The notes beneath the pieces are model-generated. The model did not search any database. It was not told the origin of the DNA and saw only the letters and a program-made list of their open reading frames with translations. A program made the position numbers and the translations under genes. From a virus (lineage: Duplodnaviria; Heunggongvirae; Uroviricota; Caudoviricetes): a DNA stretch of 36,457 nucleotides. How positions within the stretch are numbered: the first letter of the stretch is position 1; every line of letters starts with the position of its first letter. This document shows, piece after piece, positions 1-9,827 of this stretch. Where the stretch lies: the IMG/VR virus record IMGVR_UViG_2671180405_000008. One strand, 5' to 3'.

Positions 1-66
1 GCCAATCAGCACGCTGAATCTCCCGTCCAAAAGCACAAATCATGCCATGCAGGCCAGAAACCGCCA

Positions 67-92
67 TTATCTAAAACCTCGGTTTACGAGAA
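67..92. repeat. Serine-invertase crossover site (gix/cix/hix-like 26-bp site), left end of invertible tail-fibre segment, inverted relative to the site at 2983-3008
   Basis: Sequence ttatctaaaacctcggtttacgagaa; its reverse complement ttctcgtaaaccgaggttttagataa matches the site at 2983-3008 at 22 of 26 positions and resembles the gix consensus from memory; an alternate tail-fibre reading frame opens immediately inside it. Confidence 0.6.
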
Positions 93-851
93 CTCGGCAC
101 AAGCGGGGAGAAAATACCGTTACTCAGTACAGCGAATACCTGGACTAATCGACAAACATTCAGCGGTGGCCTTTCTGGTGAACTATCCGGCAATGCTTCT
201 ACAGCTGCAAAATTAAAAACTGCCAGGAAAATAAGCAATGTGGCTTTTGATGGTTCCTCCGATATCACATTAAAAGCAAGTCATGTTGGTGCGTTTGCCT
301 TAGGGAAAACAGGAAGCACCGTTGCGAATGATAAAGCAGTTGGATGGAACTGGAGTAGCGGAGCCTATAACGCAACTATTAGTGGTGCATCAACGTTAAT
401 TATTCATTTTTATATGGGAGAAGGAAGTTGTCCTGCAGCTCAGTTTCGGATTAATTATAAAAATGGCGGTATTTTTTATCGTTCAGCCCGTGATGGTTAT
501 GGTTTTGAAGCCGACTGGTCCGAATTTTACACCACCAGAAAACCTTCAGCAGGAGATGTTGGTGCACTGCCGTTATCTGGTGGTCAACTGAATGGTGCAC
601 TGGGTATCGGAACATCCAGTGCTCTTGGCGGTAATTCGATTGTATTGGGTGATAATGACACGGGCTTTAAACAAAAAGGCGATGGTAATCTGGATGTTTA
701 TGCTAATAACGTCCATGTTATGCGCTTTGTCTCCGGAAGCATTCAAAGTAATAAAACCATAAATATTACGGGACGTGTTAATCCCTCGGATTACGGTAAC
801 TTTGATTCCCGCTATGTGAGAGATGTCAGACTTGGCACACGAGTTGTTTAG
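75..851 (+). CDS. Alternate tail-fibre C-terminal variable cassette (promoterless, silent orientation); reading frame continues through an in-frame TAG at 849-851 to a TAA at 999-1001
   Basis: Frame-3 translation from 75 reads NLGLRELGTS...NTWTNRQTFSGG...VAFDGSSDITLK...SRYVRDVRLGTRVV; the last 48 codons after the TAG (TMKKGVMYEKSGHVITGL...[17 protein letters not shown]) match the conserved P2 H-type C-terminus; no start codon, begins at the crossover site. Confidence 0.6.
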   Translation, partial: NLGLRELGTSGEKIPLLSTANTWTNRQTFSGGLSGELSGNASTAAKLKTARKISNVAFDGSSDITLKASHVGAFALGKTGSTVANDKAVGWNWSSGAYNATISGASTLIIHFYMGEGSCPAAQFRINYKNGGIFYRSARDGYGFEADWSEFYTTRKPSAGDVGALPLSGGQLNGALGIGTSSALGGNSIVLGDNDTGFKQKGDGNLDVYANNVHVMRFVSGSIQSNKTINITGRVNPSDYGNFDSRYVRDVRLGTRVV

Positions 852-1003
852 ACCATGAAGAAAGGCGTGATGTATGAAAAATCAGGCCATGTAATCACGG
901 GGCTTGGTATTATCGGTGAAGTCGATGGTGATGATCCGGCAGTATTCAGACCAATACAAAAGTTAATTAACGGAACATGGTATAACGTATCGCAGGTATA
1001 ATC

Positions 1004-1537
1004 ATGCAGCATTTAAAAAACATTGTCGCAGGTAATCCAAAAACCGTTGAACAATACCAGCTAACAAAGAATTTTGATGTTATCTGGTTATGGTCCGAAG
1101 ATGGAAAAAATTGGCATGAGGAATTAAAAAACTTTCAGGAGGATACAATAAAACTGGCTTACACAGTTGAGGGAATAATTATTGCTATAGACAAGGATGT
1201 ATCAGCAATTAATCCAGAAGGTTTAAGTGTCGTTGAGTTGCCTGATATTACAGCAAATCGCCGGGCTGATATTTCGGGCAACTGGATGTTCAAAGATGGT
1301 GCGGTGATAAAGCGAACTTATACCGAGGAAGAGCAAAGGCAACAAGCGGAAAATGAAAAGCAGAGCCTGCTGCAGCTCGTCAGGGATAAAACCCAGCTGT
1401 GGGACTCTCAGCTACAGCTGGGCATCATTTCCGATGAGAATAAACAAAAATTAACCGAGTGGATGCTCTATGCGCAGAAGGTTGAATCCACAGACACCTC
1501 CAGCCTGCCAGTAACGTTTCCCGAACAACCAGAATGA
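1004..1537 (+). CDS. Tail fibre assembly protein (Tfa, P2 G / Mu U-like), alternate-cassette copy
   Basis: 177 aa starting [14 protein letters not shown]; paralogous to the minus-strand Tfa at 1566-2093; sits directly after the tail-fibre cassette stop. Confidence 0.75.
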   Translation: MQHLKNIVAGNPKTVEQYQLTKNFDVIWLWSEDGKNWHEELKNFQEDTIKLAYTVEGIIIAIDKDVSAINPEGLSVVELPDITANRRADISGNWMFKDGAVIKRTYTEEEQRQQAENEKQSLLQLVRDKTQLWDSQLQLGIISDENKQKLTEWMLYAQKVESTDTSSLPVTFPEQPE

Positions 1538-1541
1538 GAGA

Positions 1542-1568
1542 AGGCCCGCTATCGGGCCTTAATTTTTA
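1542..1568. terminator. Hairpin between convergent tfa genes, possible bidirectional rho-independent terminator
   Basis: aggcccgctatcgggcct stem-loop followed by taattttta, between the plus tfa stop (1537) and minus tfa stop (1566). Confidence 0.4.
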
Positions 1569-2093
1569 TTCAGGCTTTTGTGGCCATTCAGGATTTGCCG
1601 TATCCACACGGCTGACCAGAACACTGTAGCGTTCCCATGCTTCCAGTCGTGTGCGTTCCTCGTCCGTCGCCATATTCAGCCTGACAGCGCGTTCCAGCGG
1701 CTGGATGACTGATTCAGCTTCGGAAAGCAATGCGGCCTTTTGTGATTCGGCCTGTTGTTGCAGTTCCTGTTCTGTATATTCCCTCTTTACTACTTTACCA
1801 TCCAGAAACATCCATTTTCCGTTATTGTCTGCGTGACGATTTGCCGTAATATCAGGAACTTCAACTATGCTTAGCCCTTCAGGATTAATAGTTGAAACGT
1901 CTTTACTGACAGCAACGATGATGTTGTTCTCATCGTAAGCAATTTTTATGGTGTCTGGCTGAAAATTCTTTTGTTCCTCATACCAGTTTTTGCCATCTTC
2001 GCAAAAGAGCCATACCACGCCCGCTTTTTTAGTTAGCTGGTATTGTTCCGGTGTTTTCGGATTCCCGGCCTTAATATTTTTCAGGTGCATCAT
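1566..2093 (-). CDS. Tail fibre assembly protein (Tfa), expressed-orientation copy; start probably at the MMHLKN/MHLKN methionines (2093 or 2090) rather than 2129
   Basis: ORF translation [22 protein letters not shown]...; immediately downstream of the tail-fibre stop at 2095. Confidence 0.75.
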   Translation of the reverse strand: MMHLKNIKAGNPKTPEQYQLTKKAGVVWLFCEDGKNWYEEQKNFQPDTIKIAYDENNIIVAVSKDVSTINPEGLSIVEVPDITANRHADNNGKWMFLDGKVVKREYTEQELQQQAESQKAALLSEAESVIQPLERAVRLNMATDEERTRLEAWERYSVLVSRVDTANPEWPQKPE

Positions 2094-2094
2094 C

Positions 2095-4008
2095 TTAAAC
2101 ACTCCCCACGTTGTACCATATTCCCCCAATCAATTTCTGAATTGGCCTTCTGGCAACAGTGTCGACAATATCATCCGCATTGCTGTTAATTGCGGCTGTT
2201 AAAACATAACCTGACGCATCGCCAAAGCCGTAGTCGCGCCATACGTTTTTATATTCAATGCTGCCAAGACGAATATCCCGAACGACATGATTATGCAGCC
2301 ATGTGCTTAACCAGTTGTTTTCCCACACTGAACCATAAATATCGCCACTAGACGCAACTTGCGCACCACTTCCCAGCGCAAATCCCCCATCTGTTTTAAA
2401 AATGAAATCACCACCACCATCTGAACCGTTATTAATATGAACACCATCACCACCGTTATCTTTCCACAAAAACATACGAATTCTTCCGTCTTCGTTGGCG
2501 AATGTAATGTGGTGGCGGTAATTACTTTTTAATCTAAAATTGCTGCCATTAGATTCAATATCTTTATAAAGATGTAATCCTAACTCATCAATATGTCCGA
2601 TGCGCGAACCATTTGAATAGAAGCTAATAATACCATCTCCATCTTGCCTAAATCCGGTGTCGTTATCTCCCAGAACAATGGAGTTTTCACCCAGTGCGTT
2701 ATCAGTAGCTCCAATAGCTAGACCTCCTTTAATTTTGGCCCCGTGGCTGACAGATATAGCACCTGTTCTCAGATTTATAGCGAATGGCCTTAATGGGCCG
2801 ATATTACCGTTTTCGCCTTGTCCTTCAGCCGTCGGAATGAAATGAAGAAAATCTTCTGAACGACGGAAAATTAGACCGAAGGTATCATTGAAAATTCGCA
2901 GCGCATTCACCGTGCCAATTTTCAGTTCTCCGGTCATTTTATCGCCGGAACGCTGAACGGCGTTACCAGCCTTGTTTACCGTTTCCTGTAAACCGAGGTA
3001 TTCGATAACGGCGGCAACGGTCGATTTCGCAAGAATATCCCGCCCGACTTTTGTCAGGGTTGCCAGGCTGGCGACATCATTCCCCGTAAAATACGGAAAC
3101 CTGTCTGCCGCAGTAGCAAGCCCCGCCAGCGCCGTCAGAGTGGCATCTTTCGGTTGCTTACCCGCAAGCGCGTTAGTCATGGTGGTCGCAAAATTCGGGT
3201 CGTTGCCCAGCGCCGCCGCCAGCTCGTTCAGTGTGTTCAGTGCATCAGGCGAAGAGTCTACAAGTGCGGCAATCGCAGCCATAACGAAAGCCGTGCTTGC
3301 GATTTGGGTATTATTCGTTCCCTGTCGCGCAGTTGGTGTTGTTGGCGTTCCGGTCAGTGCCGGGCTGTTTAATGGGGCTTTCTTGTTCGTTTCATCCATT
3401 ACTGCCTTAACGGCTTTTGGTGTCGCTGCCAGCGTTTCAGACGTGCTGTTGGTGGCGTTGCTGAGCTGGACAAGGCCTTTTGCGGTCAGCGAGGCGTCCG
3501 GGTGACGTCGTGACTGTTCATGCTCTTTCAGTTTGTCATCCACGTAATTCACTGTGGCCATCACCATGGTGTTATCCACGGTAAGCGCCACAGTGGCAGT
3601 GCTGGATACGGTCAGAATGGTGCGAAATGTTTGTGCACGTCCGGATCCTTCGGCAACGGTTGGCTTGTAACTTTCGGCAGTATTGCCTACCGCGATCAAA
3701 TCGCCGTGCTCATCAAACACACCAATTTCCCGGATCCAGAATCCGCCCGTTTCAGGAGGAATAACCAGCTCCGCAATAATGTGGTTCTGATGTGTTGCGT
3801 CCAGGGTGACGCGATTAACGGTATGTCGCCACACCTCATGCACAAGACGGGTCTGCTTACTGTCTGGCGTGGGTAAAGTACCGCCGCCGTCACCCACGGC
3901 CATATGTGTCAGGCGGACAGGTTTCCCATCTGGCGCGGTTGCCTGCGCTAATTTTTTTGCACCCGTATCGGTGATAATGGTTTTAAATTTTCGTGTTGTG
4001 GTACTCAT
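2095..4008 (-). CDS. Tail fibre protein (P2 gpH-like), constant N-terminal part 3009-4008 fused to variable C-terminal cassette 2095-2982
   Basis: 637 aa; N-terminus [26 protein letters not shown]... and [16 protein letters not shown]...[21 protein letters not shown] match P2 H from memory; ends [17 protein letters not shown]. Confidence 0.85.
   Translation of the reverse strand: MSTTTRKFKTIITDTGAKKLAQATAPDGKPVRLTHMAVGDGGGTLPTPDSKQTRLVHEVWRHTVNRVTLDATHQNHIIAELVIPPETGGFWIREIGVFDEHGDLIAVGNTAESYKPTVAEGSGRAQTFRTILTVSSTATVALTVDNTMVMATVNYVDDKLKEHEQSRRHPDASLTAKGLVQLSNATNSTSETLAATPKAVKAVMDETNKKAPLNSPALTGTPTTPTARQGTNNTQIASTAFVMAAIAALVDSSPDALNTLNELAAALGNDPNFATTMTNALAGKQPKDATLTALAGLATAADRFPYFTGNDVASLATLTKVGRDILAKSTVAAVIEYLGLQETVNKAGNAVQRSGDKMTGELKIGTVNALRIFNDTFGLIFRRSEDFLHFIPTAEGQGENGNIGPLRPFAINLRTGAISVSHGAKIKGGLAIGATDNALGENSIVLGDNDTGFRQDGDGIISFYSNGSRIGHIDELGLHLYKDIESNGSNFRLKSNYRHHITFANEDGRIRMFLWKDNGGDGVHINNGSDGGGDFIFKTDGGFALGSGAQVASSGDIYGSVWENNWLSTWLHNHVVRDIRLGSIEYKNVWRDYGFGDASGYVLTAAINSNADDIVDTVARRPIQKLIGGIWYNVGSV
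2983..3008. repeat. Serine-invertase crossover site inside the tail-fibre gene (boundary between constant and variable parts)
   Basis: ttcctgtaaaccgaggtattcgataa, gix-like; encodes VIEYLGLQE at the constant/variable boundary. Confidence 0.6.
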
Positions 4009-4010
4009 GC

Positions 4011-4574
4011 TTAATCGTCCGGATAAATGGTAATGACTTCACCGTCGTAAGTTGCTGCTGCCGCGAAAATATCTCCCTGAATCTCCTGAATGATATTCAG
4101 CCCTGTCATGTGGCGGCTGACCGGGCGGGCATCAGCAATCAACCGCTCCATTTCCAGATACATTTCCTCCGTCACGCCACTGTCCAGCGTGCCAACATCA
4201 ATCTTGAATGTTCCGGGTTCGCCGTTGAACTCCCACCACTCAGACACGCGAATGAGGTATCCCAGCGGCTCAATGGCCCGTCGCAGGGCGCTGATGGTTC
4301 CTTTGTGTCGGTGTATCAGCCATGCATCACGAATCACCTGTCGCTTTGTCTCTTCCGGCCAGTTGCGATCCCAGCGGTCAACGGAAAACGCCCAGGCGAG
4401 ATAAGGCAGCAGATGCACCGGGCAGGTGTCCGGCGACCACAGCGTGTTGAGGTCTGCCGGAATGTCTGTAATGCGTGTTCCGACGGCTTCGGCACAACGC
4501 ATGAAATTGCTGGCTGATGGTGGTAACAGTGAATTACTCATTACGCCCACCTTCGCTGATGGTGAATGACTCAC
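4011..4574 (-). CDS. Baseplate assembly protein I (P2 gpI-like); true start may be the internal MSNSLLPP methionine near 4541
   Basis: Translation with LLPYLAWAFSVDRWDRNWPE motif; position between J and H. Confidence 0.8.
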   Translation of the reverse strand: MSHSPSAKVGVMSNSLLPPSASNFMRCAEAVGTRITDIPADLNTLWSPDTCPVHLLPYLAWAFSVDRWDRNWPEETKRQVIRDAWLIHRHKGTISALRRAIEPLGYLIRVSEWWEFNGEPGTFKIDVGTLDSGVTEEMYLEMERLIADARPVSRHMTGLNIIQEIQGDIFAAAATYDGEVITIYPDD

Positions 4575-5430
4575 AGCGCGCCGCCTGTATGTCGCTGATG
4601 GCCATATTCTGTGTGGGTTCGATTATCTCCACGCGTTGCACACCGTGCACATGCAGTGCGGCAGCAATGGCGGACAACGCCACGTCCTGACCGATAAGCC
4701 CCTGCTCAGCCAGCCACTTCCTGAACGACGATTCAGCCGCAGCCAGAATAGGTTCGGATTCCGGACCGGGGTAAAAGTACAGTTTTGCATTCAGCCGCCA
4801 TGTCACGATTCTGGCACTCTGTACGGTCAGGCGGTCGGCCACCGGGCGGGTATCCTCTGCATTCAGAACGGCGCGAACGGTATTAAGCAACGCCTCCGTT
4901 GCTGTGCCGTCGCCCTCAGTGGACAGGATGGAAACCGTCACATTTGCCGGAGACGGACTGATGGCCCGCGCATCGCGCACCAGACCGCTGGCGCTGCGGG
5001 CAAAATACTCGTATGCGCCTGACGGGCCTGCAACACTCAGGCCGTCATACGCCCGCTGCGCCCGCAGTCTCAGCGAGGTGTCGTTCTCCATCACCACGTC
5101 GGTGGTATCCGTTGCCGGAGTGATAACCAGGCGCTTTGTGTTCATATTGCCCGCGAGGTTGTCCAGGTCTGTTCCGGCGCTGTGGCTCAACATGCAGGCG
5201 CGTGCGGCCTCATTGACCCGCTGGCGTAACAGCATTTCACGAAACGACATGGTTTGAGCGATAACGTTCAGGGGTTCCGATTCCAGTTCCAGTGCGGCGG
5301 AGACGACTTCACGCTGTTCGGCGGGATAAGCTGCAATCATCATGGCCTTTGTGTCAGCCAGAATTGCCTCAAAGTCAGGCTCCGCGATGATGGCGGGTTC
5401 CGGTAACTGGGAAAGGTCAACGGCAGGCAT
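4534..5430 (-). CDS. Baseplate assembly protein J (P2 gpJ-like)
   Basis: 298 aa, position between W and I in conserved P2 order. Confidence 0.8.
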   Translation of the reverse strand: MPAVDLSQLPEPAIIAEPDFEAILADTKAMMIAAYPAEQREVVSAALELESEPLNVIAQTMSFREMLLRQRVNEAARACMLSHSAGTDLDNLAGNMNTKRLVITPATDTTDVVMENDTSLRLRAQRAYDGLSVAGPSGAYEYFARSASGLVRDARAISPSPANVTVSILSTEGDGTATEALLNTVRAVLNAEDTRPVADRLTVQSARIVTWRLNAKLYFYPGPESEPILAAAESSFRKWLAEQGLIGQDVALSAIAAALHVHGVQRVEIIEPTQNMAISDIQAARCESFTISEGGRNE

Positions 5431-5433
5431 GAT

Positions 5434-5784
5434 TTACTCCCTCAGCGTGATGGTTAATTCAACATTCTGCATGGTCTGCATGACAGTGCCCGACAGCGTC
5501 ACCCCGGCGTGGCCTCCTGCCTTCCAGACAACGTCGATGGCGTTCAGGGCAATGCGTGGTTCCCATCGTGTCAGTGCAATCACGGTAGCACTCATGCATT
5601 GCAGACGCGTGGTGTTATTCATGGGTTCGTCAATCAAATCAGGCACAAGGCTGCCATATTCCCGTCGCATAACCCGGCTTGCCAGCGGGGTGGTCAGGAT
5701 GTCCCTGACTGACTGTTTCAGGTGCGCCATATCGTTCAGGTTTCCCGTCCCGTCCGGGTTCATTCCTGTGTAGCGGGTTGTCAC
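5434..5784 (-). CDS. Baseplate wedge protein W (P2 gpW / GPW-gp25 family)
   Basis: 116 aa, conserved position between V and J. Confidence 0.75.
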   Translation of the reverse strand: MTTRYTGMNPDGTGNLNDMAHLKQSVRDILTTPLASRVMRREYGSLVPDLIDEPMNNTTRLQCMSATVIALTRWEPRIALNAIDVVWKAGGHAGVTLSGTVMQTMQNVELTITLRE

Positions 5785-6362
5785 TGCGGGCCTCCTGTCG
5801 AATCGCTGCCACCTTTAACGCCACCGTGCTTATGCGTATGCACTGTGATGCCGTTTGAGGTGAAATCGCCGCCGCTGTGCGTGATATTGCCGCTCATCGT
5901 TCCCCCTTTTGTGACGTCAAGCGTCGCTGTTCTCAGAAGGTCTGTGCATTCCACGACAGGCGTGTTCAGTGTCACGCTGATGGATGCCTGCAAAGTGGCC
6001 GTTTTCATGCCGCTTGCGCTCAGTGCGCCTGCGTCCGCGTCGTAGCGGAACACCGCGCCGTCCGGCGCGCTGACCACGATTTCTTTCAGGCTTTTGCCGG
6101 GTGCCGGAATGGCATCACTCCACAGGCTGCCGATTATCATGGCGGTTTCCGGGTTGCCGCCGATGCAGGCAATTGCCACCTGTTCGCCTGGTGATGGCGG
6201 AAACCACACGTTGAAGTCTCCCGCGCGCGTGGTGTTCCAGCGCAGCCAGCCTGTTTCCAGTTCGCCGCTGCGAACGCGCACGCACCAGGATTCCTCATCA
6301 ACTTCAGAGATGATCCCGGTGCGGATGATATTGCTCAGCAGTCGCATGAGTTCTGCGCTCAT
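5781..6362 (-). CDS. Baseplate spike / assembly protein V (P2 gpV-like)
   Basis: 193 aa, conserved order S-V-W-J-I-H. Confidence 0.75.
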   Translation of the reverse strand: MSAELMRLLSNIIRTGIISEVDEESWCVRVRSGELETGWLRWNTTRAGDFNVWFPPSPGEQVAIACIGGNPETAMIIGSLWSDAIPAPGKSLKEIVVSAPDGAVFRYDADAGALSASGMKTATLQASISVTLNTPVVECTDLLRTATLDVTKGGTMSGNITHSGGDFTSNGITVHTHKHGGVKGGSDSTGGPQ

Positions 6363-6994
6363 CGTACAGCCTCCGCAATCCGGCCCAGCACCGTGTTATA
6401 AATCAGGCGCTCATCTGCCTGGCTGATACCCAGCAGCTCACGTACCGGGTAATCGGTGAAAATGCCCGGCGCAACCTGATCGCGCTCACCGAACTGATGA
6501 ACGCGTGCAATACGTGCGGCCACGCCGCTGTAACCCACCGTCACACCGGAAGCATCTGCACGGGCTTTCAGGTAGCGGGCGGTGCGCAGTTTTACGAACA
6601 TGGAGACGCGCCTGGTGCTGTCCTGGTTGATGCGCCGGGTGCGTATTTCCAGAAAACGGTCGATGTCATCCCGGTAAAACGTGCGGATATTGTTTTTATC
6701 CTCATCCCACCCGGTGATGGTTCGCCCGTATTTCCCCGTGTCGTGATGCCAGTTTTTCAGCGTGCGTGCTTCGTTATTCCAGATAAAGCGAATGCGCTCC
6801 TGTATCCGGGTTACGCGGCGTCTGCGTGGTGTCCATGCGGTCCCGTCCGGCGCTTTCTGTGACCGGATACGCGCCTGCTGGGCGCGGCGTAAATCCTGTG
6901 CCAGCTTTCTGGCGATGTTATTAATGGCCTGCTGATTCAGGCTGTCGCGGATAGCCTCAAAGGTTTCATCCACGCGGGTGAATGCCTTATCCAT
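6359..6994 (-). CDS. Putative tail completion / virion morphogenesis protein (gpS-position gene)
   Basis: 211 aa ORF between R (intact in the second copy) and V; assignment is by position, length differs from P2 S. Confidence 0.5.
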   Translation of the reverse strand: MDKAFTRVDETFEAIRDSLNQQAINNIARKLAQDLRRAQQARIRSQKAPDGTAWTPRRRRVTRIQERIRFIWNNEARTLKNWHHDTGKYGRTITGWDEDKNNIRTFYRDDIDRFLEIRTRRINQDSTRRVSMFVKLRTARYLKARADASGVTVGYSGVAARIARVHQFGERDQVAPGIFTDYPVRELLGISQADERLIYNTVLGRIAEAVR

Positions 6995-7068
6995 CGCTTT
7001 CCCCCCACGTCACATCCTGGAATACATGCGACCAGTCGCCTTCGGAAGAGGGCAGGCGGGGTTTTGGC

Positions 7069-8566
7069 TCAATCTTTATAAAGATGTAATCCTAACTCAT
7101 CAATATGTCCGATGCGCGAACCATTTGAATAGAAGCTAATAATACCATCTCCATCTTGCCTAAATCCGGTGTCGTTATCTCCCAGAACAATGGAGTTTTC
7201 ACCCAGTGCGTTATCAGTAGCTCCAATAGCTAGACCTCCTTTAATTTTGGCCCCGTGGCTGACAGATATAGCACCTGTTCTCAGATTTATAGCGAATGGC
7301 CTTAATGGGCCGATATTACCGTTTTCGCCTTGTCCTTCAGCCGTCGGAATGAAATGAAGAAAATCTTCTGAACGACGGAAAATTAGACCGAAGGTATCAT
7401 TGAAAATTCGCAGCGCATTCACCGTGCCAATTTTCAGTTCTCCGGTCATTTTATCGCCGGAACGCTGAACGGCGTTACCAGCCTTGTTTACCGTTTCCTG
7501 TAAACCGAGGTATTCGATAACGGCAGCAACGGTCGATTTCGCAAGAATATCCCGCCCGACTTTTGTCAGGGTTGCCAGGCTGGCGACATCATTCCCCGTA
7601 AAATACGGAAACCTGTCTGCCGCAGTAGTAAGTCCGGCCAGCGCCGTCAGGGTGGCATCTTTCGGTTGCTTACCCGCAAGCGCGTTAGTCATGGTGGTCG
7701 CAAAATTCGGGTCGTTGCCCAGCGCCGCAGCCAGCTCGTTCAGCGTGTTCAGTGCATCAGGTGACGAATCTACAAGGGCGGCAATCGCAGCCATAACGAA
7801 AGCCGTGCTTGCGATTTGGGTATTATTCGTTCCCTGTCGCGCAGTTGGTGTTGTTGGCGTTCCGGTCAGTGCAGGACTATTTAAGGGCGCTTTCTTGTTC
7901 GTTTCACCCATTACCGCCTTAACCGCTTTTGGCGTTGCCGCCAGTGACTCGGAAGTGCTGTTGGTCGCACTGCTGAGCTGTACTATCCCCTTTTTCGTCG
8001 TGCTCGCATCCTCAAGCGCCACGGCGGATGCAATATCCTCTGCCCGTTTTGCTGCTGTCTCGGCGCGCGTTGCCGCGGATTCAGCAGCAACTTTGCTCTG
8101 AGATGCAGCCGTCGCACTGCCTGCCGCCTCTGATGCTTTCGTTGTTGCTGTCGTGGCACTACCTTTCGCTGCTGACGCTTGTCTGGTCGCCTCATCTTTT
8201 GAAGCAGACGCAGATGATGCCGATGACGCCGCTGAACTGGCTGACGATGCGGCTGCTGCCTTAGAGGAAGCAGCATTGTCTGCTGAAGTCTTTGCATTTG
8301 TTTCAGAGGTTTTTGCTGCAGAAGCAGACCTCGCTGCTGCAGTGGCTTGCTCAGTGGCTTTGCCAGCCTTCGTTGTGGCTGTTGAAGCGGATGATGCGGC
8401 GCTTTCTGCCGATTTTCCGGCGGCGGTGGCACTGGCTGAGGCCTGCCCGGCACTTGTTGACGCGGCACTGGCAGATAATGCAGCCGCTGTTTTTGAACCT
8501 GCCGCAGCTGAGGCGCTCTGTCCCGCTGCTGTTTCAGAAGACTTAGCGTTCGTCTCGGACGTTTTA
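7069..8566 (-). pseudogene. Chimeric tail-fibre fragment: Ala/Ser/Thr-rich Stf-like repeats (8566-7980) fused to a diverged H-like constant region and a variable cassette identical to 2560-2982; N-terminus truncated by the IS, C-terminus truncated at the 7070/7072 junction
   Basis: ORF 7069-8598 translation; first 11 codons (MVVSAIASTPH) lie inside the IS terminal repeat; ends HLYKD exactly where homology to copy 1 stops. Confidence 0.6.
7494..7519. repeat. Third copy of the invertase crossover site, same orientation as 2983-3008
   Basis: Identical 26-mer ttcctgtaaaccgaggtattcgataa. Confidence 0.55.
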
Positions 8567-8609
8567 TGAGGTGTACTGGCAATAGCGGACACTACCATTT
8601 GTTCTTTTT

Positions 8610-9428
8610 TTAAGCAGCCATCTGATGATATTTTTCCCTGAAGGCTGCCGGGGAGATATTCCCCAGACGAGAGTGACGACGCTGACGATTGTAGAAAATC
8701 TCAATGTATTCCCGTATTACTGAGATGGCTTCATCCCGGTTATTAAAACGATAGTGGCTCAGGCTCTCATTTTTCAGCGTTCCCCAGAAGCTTTCCATCG
8801 GAGCGTTGTCGTAACAGTTACCTTTACGCGACATTGATGTTTTCAGACCAGACTGCTCCTGTATGACCCGGTAATCGTATGCGCAGTACTGTGAACCTCG
8901 ATCAGAGTGGTGGATTAGCCCGGCAGGTGGGCGCTGGCTCCTGAGCGCCATAAACAGGGCTTTACCTGTCAGCTCTTTTGTCATGCGCTCTCCCATGGCG
9001 TAGCCGACAATTTCGCACGTATAAACATCTTTGATGCCAGCGAGGTACAACCATCCCTCCTGTGTGGCAACATACGTCAGGTCCGCCACCCAGACCTGAT
9101 TTGGTGCTGTAGGAGCGAACGTCTGGTTCAGCAGATTTGGCGCAACTGGCAGATTGTGGTTCGAGTTCGTAGTCGCTCTGAACTTGCGTTTCTGCTTACA
9201 GCGTAGCCTTAGCTCCTTACGAAGACGTGCCAGTCGGTCACGACCAACGATGATGCCATTCTCTGCCAGCTCCGTCTGGAGCCGCCGGGTTCCATATGTT
9301 TCGCGAGTGCGGATATGTGCCACCTTAATCTCCAGTTTTAGCCGCTCATCACTTTGTTTTCTGTCTGAGGGTTCATGCTGTACCCAGTTGTAATAACCGC
9401 TCCTGGATACACCAAATACCTGACACAT
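8610..9428 (-). CDS. IS3-family transposase OrfB (DDE integrase domain)
   Basis: 272 aa; HSDRGSQY and NCYDNAPMESFWGTLK motifs typical of IS3-family OrfB. Confidence 0.85.
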   Translation of the reverse strand: MCQVFGVSRSGYYNWVQHEPSDRKQSDERLKLEIKVAHIRTRETYGTRRLQTELAENGIIVGRDRLARLRKELRLRCKQKRKFRATTNSNHNLPVAPNLLNQTFAPTAPNQVWVADLTYVATQEGWLYLAGIKDVYTCEIVGYAMGERMTKELTGKALFMALRSQRPPAGLIHHSDRGSQYCAYDYRVIQEQSGLKTSMSRKGNCYDNAPMESFWGTLKNESLSHYRFNNRDEAISVIREYIEIFYNRQRRHSRLGNISPAAFREKYHQMAA

Positions 9429-9463
9429 CGCTTCAATGGGAAATTGTTGTCGCCATTGTTCGA

Positions 9464-9766
9464 TTAACGCGTATTTTTCAGCGACTCCTGTGCAAAATAC
9501 GCTGTTGCTTTTTTTAATATATCTCGCTCAAGGCGAGCTTCATTTAACGCCTTACGCAGTTGCAGAATTTCAGATTCCAGTTCAGCCACCGTGCGGGAAC
9601 CAGGAGTACCGAGCCCTTTTCTGGCGGCGGTAACCCATTGTCCTAAAGTGCCTTCAGGAAGAGATAATCGGGAAGCGCCTTCACTGATCGAAAGTTGATT
9701 TTCAAGAACCGTTCTGACAGCTTCGGCTTTGAACTCTTTAGAGTAACGTTGGGTTTTTCTGCTCAT
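9464..9766 (-). CDS. IS3-family transposase OrfA (HTH, leucine-zipper part)
   Basis: 100 aa MSRKTQRYSKEFKAEAVRTV..., recalled as IS600 OrfA. Confidence 0.85.
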   Translation of the reverse strand: MSRKTQRYSKEFKAEAVRTVLENQLSISEGASRLSLPEGTLGQWVTAARKGLGTPGSRTVAELESEILQLRKALNEARLERDILKKATAYFAQESLKNTR

Positions 9767-9827
9767 TATTAGCTCCTTCTGATGCCATTCTATTTCAGGA
9801 AGGAGTGTCCGTTAAACTCAGGCTACC

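Noticed and set aside
1-268. Minus-strand 65-aa ORF (71-268) and a possible invertase gene start at 64-66
   Set aside because: The 65-aa ORF is antisense to the tail-fibre cassette and crosses the crossover site. The minus-strand ATG at 64-66 opens MAVSGLHGMICAFGR..., which lacks the GY-RVS serine-recombinase N-terminal motif, so it is not called as the invertase
7983-8582. 199-aa Pro/Gln/Arg-rich ORF (minus strand) and a 138-aa Ala/Asp-rich ORF (plus strand, 8153-8569)
   Set aside because: Alternative frames of the low-complexity repeat region of the tail-fibre fragment; the composition reflects the underlying GCn repeats, not separate genes
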